This document shows, one piece after another, positions 9,691 to 18,523 of a stretch of DNA of 64,000 bases (positions are counted from its first letter, which is position 1; each line of letters begins with the position of its first letter). The notes beneath the pieces were generated by a model. It was not told where the DNA came from. It saw nothing but the letters and a program-made list of their open reading frames with translations, and made no database searches. Source of the stretch: an uncultured Candidatus Saccharibacteria bacterium. Its GTDB lineage: Bacteria > Patescibacteriota > Saccharimonadia > Saccharimonadales > CAIOMD01. The position numbers and the translations under genes were made by a program. The stretch covers positions 79,856-143,855 of the forward strand of contig CAZMHM010000003.1 of assembly GCA_964566135.1 (NCBI GenBank). Reading direction: 5' to 3'.

Positions 9691-10026
9691 CTAAGCGGCT
9701 ACTTGGGTGTCTTCATCTTTAGCAACTTTTTTTGCTTTAGGCTTTTTGGCTGCTGCAACCTTAGCTGCTTTTGCTTTTTCGGCTGCTTCGGCACGTGCCT
9801 TAAAGCGGTCTACACGACCTTCCATATCAAGAAGCTTCTCCTGGCCGGTAAAGAATGGATGCGTGCTACTGCTGATATGTACCTTTACCAGTGGGTATTC
9901 TTTGCCGTCGTCCCACTTGGTGGTTTCGTTGGTCTTTACGGTTGATTTAGTCAAAATACGGAAACCATTACCAAGGTCTTCAAAGACCACGGGGCGGTAA
10001 TCGGTTGGGTGAATATCTTTTTTCAA
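9691..10026 (-). CDS. rpmE: 50S ribosomal protein L31, type B-like, with a Lys/Ala-rich C-terminal extension
   Basis: [15 protein letters not shown]... is a typical L31 N-terminus. No CxxC zinc motif is present. TTG start with AAGGA SD. At 111 aa it carries a ~40-aa tail ([25 protein letters not shown]). Confidence 0.9.
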   Translation of the reverse strand: MKKDIHPTDYRPVVFEDLGNGFRILTKSTVKTNETTKWDDGKEYPLVKVHISSSTHPFFTGQEKLLDMEGRVDRFKARAEAAEKAKAAKVAAAKKPKAKKVAKDEDTQVAA

Positions 10027-10202
10027 GATGGTTCCTTAACGCTCGTTAGTTATATAGTAGAGCACTGGTTAGCGGTGAGCTACCGCAGTCAGCATTTGCT
10101 CGTAACCAAAAGATTATATCTGTTATATTGCTTTTCGTCAAGGGTGGCACTATAGTTAAAAGCAATAGAACTTTGGGCAAAGTAAAAGAGAAACTAAGAG
10201 AC

Positions 10203-13200
10203 ATGAGGGTAAAAAGGCTATATATCCTGAGTGGAGCAGCTGTCATCGCTATTGCGGGGACAGCTACCTTTGGCTACGGCTTGCTCGTTAACTCGTCGTT
10301 ACAGCAATCTGATAGTGCGCCTAAATCGAAAGCTGCCACCGCTGTACCAACAATTACTTCTATATATACGGCACCGAGCGGGGCGATATATCTGTCAAAT
10401 ACGAGTGGCAGTGATAGTAATAACGGCAGTAGTGGAGCCCCTGTTAAGACGCTTGCCAAAGCGTATAGTTTAGTGCCAAGTGGCGGTACTATCGTGATTA
10501 AAGGTGGAACGTACCGGGATGCGAGGCTCAGTATTACAAAACCGATAACAATTCAGGCGGCTAATGGCGAGCAGGTATGGTTTGACGGTACGGATGTTGT
10601 GACTGGTTGGCAGAGTTCTGGTGCTACATGGTATGTCGATAACTGGAATACTCCCGAATTTTGCGCAGGCCAATACTACGACTACGCCTATAACGCCCAA
10701 AAAACAGACAATACTGGTCCATGCAATCATAAAGATATGGCGGGCGACCCATCAAACCCGATGGCAGGTAGTCCGCAGATGGTTTTTGTTAACGACGCAC
10801 CGCTTGCCGAGGTAACAAGTGCCGCTGGGGTTACCACGGGGAAGTTCTATTACGATAAAACCACCAAACGCATGATTATTGGCACGAACCCCACGGGCGC
10901 AACAGTAGAGCTTGCGCGCCGTCCTGTTGCGCTTACGCTCGCCGCGGCTACCAATATTAAGGGGATTGGTTTCCGAAAGTTTGCAACCAATGAGTATAAC
11001 AACAATACTGAAGCAGCCGTAATCATTGCCGCTGCAAATAATGTAATCGAAAATAATGTCTTTTGGCGTAACGCTGCATATGGGCTCGGAGTCTCGAATG
11101 CGACAGGAGCTGTTGTGCGTTCGTCGCAATTTTTGTCTAATGGTTTTGATGGCGCAACAGGCAATGGTCATCATGCAGGCGGCGCAACGGATAACATAGT
11201 TTTTGATTCGAACACATTTGATAGCAATAACACTGAAAAGTTTGGTACTGGTTGCGCACTCTCCTGCGCGCAGGCTGGCGTAAAACTATCTCATATGAAC
11301 GGGGGCACAATTAAAAATAATAAATTTACGAATAACCAGGGCCATGGTTTTTGGTGTGATTTGTATTGTACAAACTTCACGATTGTTGGCAACTACTCAT
11401 CAGGCAATACAAGTTCTGGTTTAATGTATGAAGTATCAGCCAATGCAGTAATTGCATCAAATGTTGTTATTGGTGGTGAATTTGGCGTTCGCATCGCTGG
11501 CCCGAATATAAAATTTTATAACAACACAGTACTTAGTCCGGTGCGAATGGGATTGTGGATTTATGATGACCCACGGACACCAAGTGGCAGTGAAATCCCC
11601 GCAGATACCGCTAACGTAGAAGTTGGTAATAATATTGTTCAGGGTGGCACCGATTTCTTACAAAATCTACAGGGTAATCAAACAACCGCAGCCCAGCTCG
11701 AGTCTTATTCAGATTACAATGCATTTTATCGCCCCTCTGGGACGCCAACAGTTGGTTTTAAATATGGTTCAGCCGCTGCAGGGTATACCTACAAAAATAC
11801 GGTTGCACTGTATAGTTCTGCAACTGGTAAAGACGCTCATAGCCAAGATGTCATCAATAACACAAATCCGTTTTTCATGAATGCGAGTTCTGGTGATTAC
11901 CGTATTCGCACAGACTCAGTTGCATATAAATCAGGCAAGGGCTTGGCGAGTGATGTAGCAACTGCTATCGGCGTCACTGCTGGCGCAGCTGTAGACAGGG
12001 GTGCTATTACGTGGGCCGGGATGCCAGGTGGCACAGTTGTAGTCCCACCGCCCGCAGGTGATACAACGAAACCGGTCACTGCGATTGCGAGTCCAGCAAC
12101 AAATTCCAGTGGTAAGGGGACAATTACGATCAGTGGTTCGGCGACCGACAATGTTGGTATTACAAAGGTAGAATTATTGGTTGATGGTGCGGTTAAGGCA
12201 ACCGATTCTACTGCACCATTTGCAACGTTTAGCTGGGACTCAACAACAGTAGGCGATGGCATTCATGCACTTGTGTTTAAAGCCTATGACGCTGCAGGTA
12301 ACGCTGCTACCTCCGCATCGGTTTCAATATCAATTACGAATATTACGCCACCTCCAACGCCGATTATTAGTAGCGTATCAGCGACGCCAGCAACTATTAT
12401 TGCAGGTCAAAAATCAACCTTGAGTTGGACAACGCAGTACGCATCATCTTGTGATGTAACCCCAGGCGGTACGCTTGGTACGACTGCGACAAGCTGGCAA
12501 ACACCTGCGCTTACAACAGTAGGTACAAAAATATACACGCTCACTTGCTATAACACTGCCGTACAGTCAGTCTCGAAGACGGTGAGCATAACAGTTAACG
12601 CTGCTCCTACTCCACCTACTATAACGAGTTTTAGCGCCGACAAAACGACCGTTCAAGCCGGTGGAAGTGCGACCTTTAGCTGGTCGAGTGCGGGCGCAAC
12701 ATCTTGCGTGTTTAACCCAGGTAATATTGGCGGTGCCGCCGTAGTCAATGGGCTTGTTGTTTCAAATATTACTAATACCACCACATTTACATTAGTCTGT
12801 CAGAATAATGCCGGCAGTACGCAGGCAACTCCGGTAACTATTTCGGTAACTTCTACGCCAGTTCCAGTGCCGTTACCGGTCATTGTATCGTTTACAGCCG
12901 ATAAGTCTAGTCTCGGTAATGCTCAATCGACCACGCTACGCTGGTCTACAACAGGTGTAATCGCAGCAGGATGTCATATAAATCCTGGTACTGATCAAGA
13001 GCCAAACGGAAGTATCACTACAGGTACGCTGCTTGAATCAACAAGTTATACGCTGACCTGCAAGAACCAAGATGGCAAAACTACCTCCGCTAGCTTGAGT
13101 ATAACCGTAGCTGGTAAGCCAGTTCCTATTGCCCCGGTTGCGGTCACATCATCAATTGATCCTTCGGTTGCTACTTCAGCACAAGTTACCAATCAACTGA

Positions 13201-13748
13201 CAGGAGTAAAAGTTACCAACACGAGTGTAAATAGCCAAGTATCAGGGCTCGCCAGTCTCGACATCAGTAATGTCGTCAATCCTGAGAAAGAAAAGGCGAT
13301 TAGCTATATTGAATATTACAATGGCGAACAGCTAATCGAAAAAGTAAGCAAAGCTCCATTCGCGCTCAACACTAAGTTACTCAAAAATGGTGGCTATAGT
13401 ATTACCGAGCGAACATATTACATCGATGGTTCACAGAGCGAGGTTACTAAAGTGCTTGGTATTGAAAATGCCGCTGCGGTAGCCGGCGTAGAGGCAAAGC
13501 GCATGACTGTGGGCAAAGGCCTTCTTATAGGTTTGGGTGGCTTACTCGTGGCGCTTGTAGCTACCGCAGTCGCAATTTGGTTCTTAGTATTGCGACCTCG
13601 AGGCTATTCATTTGGTTATACGCTCAGTAAGTCGTTAGAACTCGGGCGCGCTGCCTTGCCACATCATCACACAGCTCCATCGCCAGCACGATATGACCCG
13701 GATGCCAATGTTCAAATAATTAGTCCAACCGAAAAGAAAGACCCTTGA
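10203..13748 (+). CDS. Giant cell-surface protein: N-terminal anchor, right-handed beta-helix, Ig-like modules, C-terminal TM and short tail
   Basis: I prefer ATG 10203 (MRVKRLYILSGAAVIAIAG, signal/anchor) over the track start at 10128. The PbH1-like beta-helix region has NN(V/I)..N repeats. A Big-like domain follows (DNVGITKVELLVDG). Three ~85-aa LSW...C...Y.L.C modules come next. A C-terminal TM segment (LLIGLGGLLVALVATAVAIWFLVL) is present. Confidence 0.8.
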   Translation: MRVKRLYILSGAAVIAIAGTATFGYGLLVNSSLQQSDSAPKSKAATAVPTITSIYTAPSGAIYLSNTSGSDSNNGSSGAPVKTLAKAYSLVPSGGTIVIKGGTYRDARLSITKPITIQAANGEQVWFDGTDVVTGWQSSGATWYVDNWNTPEFCAGQYYDYAYNAQKTDNTGPCNHKDMAGDPSNPMAGSPQMVFVNDAPLAEVTSAAGVTTGKFYYDKTTKRMIIGTNPTGATVELARRPVALTLAAATNIKGIGFRKFATNEYNNNTEAAVIIAAANNVIENNVFWRNAAYGLGVSNATGAVVRSSQFLSNGFDGATGNGHHAGGATDNIVFDSNTFDSNNTEKFGTGCALSCAQAGVKLSHMNGGTIKNNKFTNNQGHGFWCDLYCTNFTIVGNYSSGNTSSGLMYEVSANAVIASNVVIGGEFGVRIAGPNIKFYNNTVLSPVRMGLWIYDDPRTPSGSEIPADTANVEVGNNIVQGGTDFLQNLQGNQTTAAQLESYSDYNAFYRPSGTPTVGFKYGSAAAGYTYKNTVALYSSATGKDAHSQDVINNTNPFFMNASSGDYRIRTDSVAYKSGKGLASDVATAIGVTAGAAVDRGAITWAGMPGGTVVVPPPAGDTTKPVTAIASPATNSSGKGTITISGSATDNVGITKVELLVDGAVKATDSTAPFATFSWDSTTVGDGIHALVFKAYDAAGNAATSASVSISITNITPPPTPIISSVSATPATIIAGQKSTLSWTTQYASSCDVTPGGTLGTTATSWQTPALTTVGTKIYTLTCYNTAVQSVSKTVSITVNAAPTPPTITSFSADKTTVQAGGSATFSWSSAGATSCVFNPGNIGGAAVVNGLVVSNITNTTTFTLVCQNNAGSTQATPVTISVTSTPVPVPLPVIVSFTADKSSLGNAQSTTLRWSTTGVIAAGCHINPGTDQEPNGSITTGTLLESTSYTLTCKNQDGKTTSASLSITVAGKPVPIAPVAVTSSIDPSVATSAQVTNQLTGVKVTNTSVNSQVSGLASLDISNVVNPEKEKAISYIEYYNGEQLIEKVSKAPFALNTKLLKNGGYSITERTYYIDGSQSEVTKVLGIENAAAVAGVEAKRMTVGKGLLIGLGGLLVALVATAVAIWFLVLRPRGYSFGYTLSKSLELGRAALPHHHTAPSPARYDPDANVQIISPTEKKDP

Positions 13749-13764
13749 ACAGATTAGCCATATC

Positions 13765-13773
13765 TGTTACAAT
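13765..13773 (+). promoter_or_regulatory. Extended -10 promoter element TGTTACAAT upstream of rpsB
   Basis: TGn plus TACAAT. It lies ~94 nt upstream of the rpsB ATG. The same 9-mer recurs at 18507 and 29452. Confidence 0.5.
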
Positions 13774-13800
13774 AGTCATCACGTATTAATTAACGAAGCA

Positions 13801-13862
13801 ACATATCGCGAATATCCTCCCCGCTCGGGGCAACAACAGCGATATGTGAAGGGAGATAAGGA
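13801..13862 (+). promoter_or_regulatory. Structured rpsB 5' leader with an anti-SD element (candidate S2 autoregulatory leader)
   Basis: ACATATCGC (13801-13809) pairs with GCGATATGT (13839-13847). An inner hairpin forms from CCCC (13819-13822) and GGGG (13827-13830). CTCCC (13817-13821) is complementary to the SD GGGAG (13851-13855). Confidence 0.45.
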
Positions 13863-13866
13863 TATC

Positions 13867-14607
13867 ATGGCAGTTAACGTCGATATCAAGGCGCTCTTAG
13901 AAGCGGGCGCACACTTTGGTCACAAGACCAGCCGATGGCACCCTAAAATGGCGCCATACATTCACAGCAAACGCGGTGAAAACCACATAATTAACCTCGA
14001 AAAAACCGTAGATCAGTTTGATACTGCACTCGCGTTTATCGAGAACACTGTCGCAAAAGGCCAGCAAATTCTGTTTGTCGGTACCAAGCGTCAGGCTAAA
14101 GACATTGTTAAAGAGACAGCTATTGCAACTGGTCAGCCATACGTGGTTGAGCGATGGCTTGGTGGTATGCTTACCAACTCTACGACGATTAATGTTCGTA
14201 TTAAAAAGCTCAAAGAGCTCGAAGCCAAAATGGCTAGCGGCGAACTTGCAGCTAAGTACAACAAACTTGAAGTCCAGCGCTTCCAAGAGCAAATTGACGC
14301 AATGAACATCAACTTTGGTGGCGTTAAAGAAATGTCTGGTCGTCCAGGTGCGCTATTTGTTGTTGATGTGCTCGAAGAAGACAACGCAATTAAAGAAGCA
14401 ATTCGTCTTAATATTCCGGTTATTGCACTTGTTGATACAAATGCTGATCCAAGCAAAATTACGTATCCGATTGCATGTAACGACGATGCAATTAAGACAA
14501 TTGCACTTGCATGTGATTACATCAAGCAGGCTATCGAAGCTGGCAAGGGTGCGCGTGCAAAAAAAGTTGATGCAGATTCAGAAGTAAAAGCAGCCAAAGG
14601 CGAATAG
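13867..14607 (+). CDS. rpsB: 30S ribosomal protein S2
   Basis: MAVNVDIKALLEAGAHFGHKTSRWHPKM is a typical S2 N-terminus. An SD precedes ATG 13867. The track start at 13846 lies inside the SD region. Confidence 0.95.
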   Translation: MAVNVDIKALLEAGAHFGHKTSRWHPKMAPYIHSKRGENHIINLEKTVDQFDTALAFIENTVAKGQQILFVGTKRQAKDIVKETAIATGQPYVVERWLGGMLTNSTTINVRIKKLKELEAKMASGELAAKYNKLEVQRFQEQIDAMNINFGGVKEMSGRPGALFVVDVLEEDNAIKEAIRLNIPVIALVDTNADPSKITYPIACNDDAIKTIALACDYIKQAIEAGKGARAKKVDADSEVKAAKGE

Positions 14608-14617
14608 GGGGCATACA

Positions 14618-15217
14618 ATGGGCAAGATTGATTTAGAAACAATTAAGCGATTACGCGAACTTACGGGCGTTGGTATTACCGATGCTAAGGTTGCGCTTGT
14701 TGAGGCAGAAGGTGATTTTGATAAAGCACTCGAAGCTATGCGTAAAAAGGGAATGACGAAGGCCGAAAAGCGTGGTGAGCGCGAAGCTCGCGCTGGAGTT
14801 ATTGGTAGCTACTTACACGATGGCCGTATTGGCGTACTCGTAGAAGTAAACTGTGAAACTGACTTTGTTGCTCGCAACGAAGTGTTTACTGAAATCGTTA
14901 AAGACGTTGCAATGCATATTGCAGCAAGTGCTCCAGAATTTGTGAGTACTGATGATATTACAGCAGAGGCAAAAGCAGCCGCAGAAGCTGAGTTTACCGA
15001 AAAGGTAAAAGCCGAAGGCAAGCCAGATAATATGGTTCCACAGATTGTCGAAGGTATGCTTAAGAAGCACTTTGCAGAACGCTGTTTACTTGACCAACCA
15101 TTTATCAAGAATCCTGATATTACTGTTGGCCAGTACGTTAAAGAAGGCATCGCAAAACTTGGCGAGAACATTATTGTTCGTCGCTTTGACCGCATGGCTC
15201 TTGGCGAAGTTAACTAA
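14618..15217 (+). CDS. tsf: Elongation factor Ts (short, 199-aa form)
   Basis: UBA-like N-terminus LRELTGVGITDAKVALVEAEGDFDKALEAMRKKG. SD GGGGG lies upstream. The gene follows rpsB. Confidence 0.95.
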   Translation: MGKIDLETIKRLRELTGVGITDAKVALVEAEGDFDKALEAMRKKGMTKAEKRGEREARAGVIGSYLHDGRIGVLVEVNCETDFVARNEVFTEIVKDVAMHIAASAPEFVSTDDITAEAKAAAEAEFTEKVKAEGKPDNMVPQIVEGMLKKHFAERCLLDQPFIKNPDITVGQYVKEGIAKLGENIIVRRFDRMALGEVN

Positions 15218-15234
15218 TAAGGTTAGCAATATCG

Positions 15235-15267
15235 AACGGCGGCTGGTAACGGCCGCCGTTTTTTATT
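15235..15267 (+). terminator. Intrinsic terminator after tsf
   Basis: AACGGCGGC (15235-15243) pairs with GCCGCCGTT (15252-15260) around an 8-nt loop, followed by TTTTATT. Confidence 0.8.
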
Positions 15268-15299
15268 ACAATATAACTACTATATAAGAGGTATTTTTT

Positions 15300-15863
15300 G
15301 TGAATCCAACCCAGATTGTTGACGAAGCTAAGTCAAAATTAACGAGCGCAGTAAATCATTTCCATGAGGAACTAAAAAAACTTCGCACCGGTCGCGCGCA
15401 CCCGAGCCAGCTTGATGGCGTAATGGTGGTTGCGTACGGCACACCAATGCCACTCAACCAGACTGCCAATATCACCGCACCCGAGGCGCAACTGTTGCAA
15501 ATTACGCCATTTGATCCAAGTAATATTCAGGCAATTTCGGACGCAATTCGCAATGACCAGAGCTTAGGCATGAACCCAATGGATGATGGGCGTGTTGTGC
15601 GCGTACCAATCCCTGCGCTTACCACAGAGCGTCGTCAGCAGATTGTAAAGCAGCTCAATGAAAAGGTAGAAGAAACGCATATTACGTGCCGTAACGTGCG
15701 TCATGATGCGCTTGATACCGCCAAGAAGGCTAAGGCAGATAAATCAATTAGCGAAGATGATTACAATCGCGTTGAAAAGCAAGTAGACGAACTTATGGCT
15801 AAAACAAAGTCAGAAGTAGAAGCTGCAGCTAAAGCTAAAGAACAAGAAATAATGACAGTTTAG
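15300..15863 (+). CDS. frr: Ribosome recycling factor
   Basis: GTG start with SD TAAGAGGT 7 nt upstream. The sequence is RRF-like throughout (LKKLRTGRAHPSQLDGV..., TTERRQQIVKQ). Confidence 0.95.
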   Translation: MNPTQIVDEAKSKLTSAVNHFHEELKKLRTGRAHPSQLDGVMVVAYGTPMPLNQTANITAPEAQLLQITPFDPSNIQAISDAIRNDQSLGMNPMDDGRVVRVPIPALTTERRQQIVKQLNEKVEETHITCRNVRHDALDTAKKAKADKSISEDDYNRVEKQVDELMAKTKSEVEAAAKAKEQEIMTV

Positions 15864-15883
15864 CGGTATAATAGTCCGAATAC

Positions 15884-16570
15884 ATGACACACCAAACTGT
15901 GCCGAATCACCTCGGCCTCATACTAGACGGCAATCGCAGATGGGCAAAGAACAGAGGCTTAAGCTCTATCGAAGGCCATAAGAAAGGCTTTGAGACGTTT
16001 AAGGTTATTGCTGATGCAGGGCTAGAGCGTGGTGTTAAATACCTCAGTTTGTATGCCTTCTCGACCGAAAACTGGGCACGGAGTAACGATGAAGTATCAT
16101 TTTTAATGACATTTCTCAAGAAGTTGCTGAAGCAACACATTCAGGAACTGCATAAAAAAGGTGTCCGATTTGTCTGGTTTGGTTGTTCTGATAAGCTTGA
16201 CGCAAAAATCGTTACTTTGTTGCGTGACGCTGAGGCATTAACAGAGAAGAATACAACAGCTACGTTTGCGTTTTGCTTTAATTATGGCGGCCAGCAAGAA
16301 ATCGTCGACGCAGCACGAGCGGCTGTCAATGCCGGCGAAGAGGTAACAGAAGATAGTATTACAAGACATCTCTATGGCGGCCAAGCTATCCCGCCAGTCG
16401 ATTTTCTCATCAGAACCTCAGGCGAGCAGCGTATAAGTAACTTCATGTTATGGCGCGCAGCATACAGTGAACTGTATTTCACTGATGTATTGTGGCCAGA
16501 TTTTAGTATTAAAGATTTAGATGTTGCGCTTGCTGATTATGCATCGCGGCAACGCCGTTTTGGCAGTTAA
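15884..16570 (+). CDS. uppS: Undecaprenyl-diphosphate synthase (cis-prenyltransferase)
   Basis: Motifs HLGLILDGNRRWA, AFSTENW and RTSGEQRISNFMLWRAAYSELYF are present. Confidence 0.92.
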   Translation: MTHQTVPNHLGLILDGNRRWAKNRGLSSIEGHKKGFETFKVIADAGLERGVKYLSLYAFSTENWARSNDEVSFLMTFLKKLLKQHIQELHKKGVRFVWFGCSDKLDAKIVTLLRDAEALTEKNTTATFAFCFNYGGQQEIVDAARAAVNAGEEVTEDSITRHLYGGQAIPPVDFLIRTSGEQRISNFMLWRAAYSELYFTDVLWPDFSIKDLDVALADYASRQRRFGS

Positions 16571-16588
16571 CAAACGACAAGGGGTTTT

Positions 16589-17746
16589 ATGGGGTTATTA
16601 ATTCTGGGTTTGATTTTATTCGTACTACTTGTCGTATTGCATGAATATGGCCATTTTTTGGTAGCAAAACGTAATGGCGTAGAGGTAGAAGAATTTGGCG
16701 TTGGATTCCCACCAAAATTATATGGTCGCAAGATGGGCAAGGGAATTTTTGAAGGCTACTACACAATTAACCTATTGCCACTTGGTGGCTTTGTAAAGCT
16801 AAAGGGCGAGCATGACGCCGACAAAACCAAAGGGGCGTACGGTTCAGTTAGTACACCAGCAAAACTACGTATTATGCTCGCCGGCGTTGCTATGAATTTA
16901 GTTGCTGCGCTGATTATTTTTACAATTGTTGCACTCGTTGGGATGCCACAACTTGTCGAGAATCAGTTCAAGGTAAAAAGCGATTCAAAAGTTACGCGCA
17001 GCCAAGTTATTACTAATTATGTAGAAGATAATTCGCCGGCTGCTAAGGCAGGCTTGAAAAATGCAGATATTATCACTGGCGTTAATGGACAGACAATCAC
17101 AACGCGCGAGCAATTACGCACAGCCACTAAAGAACATGCTGGTCAGACGGTGACCATAGATTACATTCGTAAAAGTAAACCCGCTCAAACAACTGCAACG
17201 CTCTTAACAAGTACCGAGGTTGCATCGAGCCTGACGACAGATAACCCGAAAGGTTATCTGGGGCTTGCGAGCAGTGAATATACACTAATTCGCTCGACTT
17301 GGTCAGCGCCAATTGTTGCTGCGGGCGTTTCGGTGCAATTCACAAAACTGACGTTGGTAGGACTTGGTAATGCTGTTGCGCATCTGGGTAAGGCAATTGG
17401 CAGCGCTATAACAGGCAATGGCACACAGGCAAAACAGCAGGCCAGCGCCGCCAGCGAAAACGTATCTGGCCCAGTCGGTATTTTCGCTATCTTGCAACAA
17501 GGGTCCGCGCTTGGCTATCAATTTATCTTGTTTGTAGTTGGCCTTATTAGCCTCACTTTGGCAATAATGAACTTCTTGCCAATACCCGCGCTTGATGGTG
17601 GTAGGGCATTTGTCACGCTCTTATTTAGGGCCATGAAAAAGCCGTTGTTACCTCGAACTGAAGAGCTTATACACGGTACTGGCTTTGCAGCGCTCATGCT
17701 CCTCTTTATTGTTATTACAGTTGTAGATGTTCGCAGGTTCTTTTAA
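16589..17746 (+). CDS. rseP: RIP (site-2) zinc metalloprotease RseP, M50 family, with PDZ
   Basis: HEYGHF zinc motif in TM1. An internal PDZ domain (SPAAKAGLKNADIITGVNG) is present. The C-terminal NFLPIPALDGG motif is present. Confidence 0.88.
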   Translation: MGLLILGLILFVLLVVLHEYGHFLVAKRNGVEVEEFGVGFPPKLYGRKMGKGIFEGYYTINLLPLGGFVKLKGEHDADKTKGAYGSVSTPAKLRIMLAGVAMNLVAALIIFTIVALVGMPQLVENQFKVKSDSKVTRSQVITNYVEDNSPAAKAGLKNADIITGVNGQTITTREQLRTATKEHAGQTVTIDYIRKSKPAQTTATLLTSTEVASSLTTDNPKGYLGLASSEYTLIRSTWSAPIVAAGVSVQFTKLTLVGLGNAVAHLGKAIGSAITGNGTQAKQQASAASENVSGPVGIFAILQQGSALGYQFILFVVGLISLTLAIMNFLPIPALDGGRAFVTLLFRAMKKPLLPRTEELIHGTGFAALMLLFIVITVVDVRRFF

Positions 17747-17755
17747 CATAAGACC

Positions 17756-18496
17756 ATGCCAATCGAGCCTCAAACCGAAACTAATCCAAAACCGAAACTG
17801 GCATGGGGTCCTACTTCTGCAATTCTAATAACGATTGCTGCATATATTTCTTCGCAACTCATTTTAATCATTCCCGCAAGCTTCATATCTCAAGTTAACG
17901 GTGGGGACGGTATAGAGCAAATCTTACAAGATTCCGCATGGTTACAGCTCGTGCTAACCGGTATCTCTTCAATTGGTATTCTTGCCGTACTTTGGATTTT
18001 TCTACTGCGCCGTAAACAGACGCTAAAGAGCCTCGGCTTTGCACGCATTAAAGCCTCTGATTTTGGTTGGCTCGCTATTGCACTTGCAAGCTATTTTTTG
18101 CTACTTGCTGCAACCATGACTGTTGCCTCGAAAATCCCAGGCTTTAACCCTGACCAGGTTCAGGATATTGGCTATAGTACTGCAACGACTGGATGGCAAT
18201 TAGTGTTCGCGTTTATTGGCCTTGTCGTGCTACCGCCCTTGGCCGAAGAAATGCTATTTAGGGGTTTCTTGTACAGAGGGCTCGCAAGCAAATGGCCTCG
18301 CATTATTGCTGCGCTCGTAACGAGCCTGCTTTTTGCACTTGTGCATTTTCAATGGAATGTCGGTGTTGATGTGTTTGTGCTATCGCTCATTCTTATTGCC
18401 TTGTACGAAAAAACACAGAATCTTTGGATGAGTGTCTTTTTGCATGCTATAAAAAATGGCTTGGCGTTTGCCGCACTGTTTCTAGTCATAAGTTAG
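17756..18496 (+). CDS. CPBP-family (CAAX-type) intramembrane glutamic endopeptidase
   Basis: Polytopic membrane protein. Motifs EEMLFRG, FALVHF and FLHAIKN are present. Confidence 0.8.
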   Translation: MPIEPQTETNPKPKLAWGPTSAILITIAAYISSQLILIIPASFISQVNGGDGIEQILQDSAWLQLVLTGISSIGILAVLWIFLLRRKQTLKSLGFARIKASDFGWLAIALASYFLLLAATMTVASKIPGFNPDQVQDIGYSTATTGWQLVFAFIGLVVLPPLAEEMLFRGFLYRGLASKWPRIIAALVTSLLFALVHFQWNVGVDVFVLSLILIALYEKTQNLWMSVFLHAIKNGLAFAALFLVIS

Positions 18497-18506
18497 CAAT
18501 ACAATC

Positions 18507-18515
18507 TGTTACAAT
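18507..18515 (+). promoter_or_regulatory. Extended -10 TGTTACAAT, 8 nt upstream of the proS ATG (leaderless geometry)
   Basis: TGT plus TACAAT (18510-18515), then an 8-nt gap to ATG 18524. There is no room for an SD. Confidence 0.55.
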
Positions 18516-18523
18516 AGTGGGCA

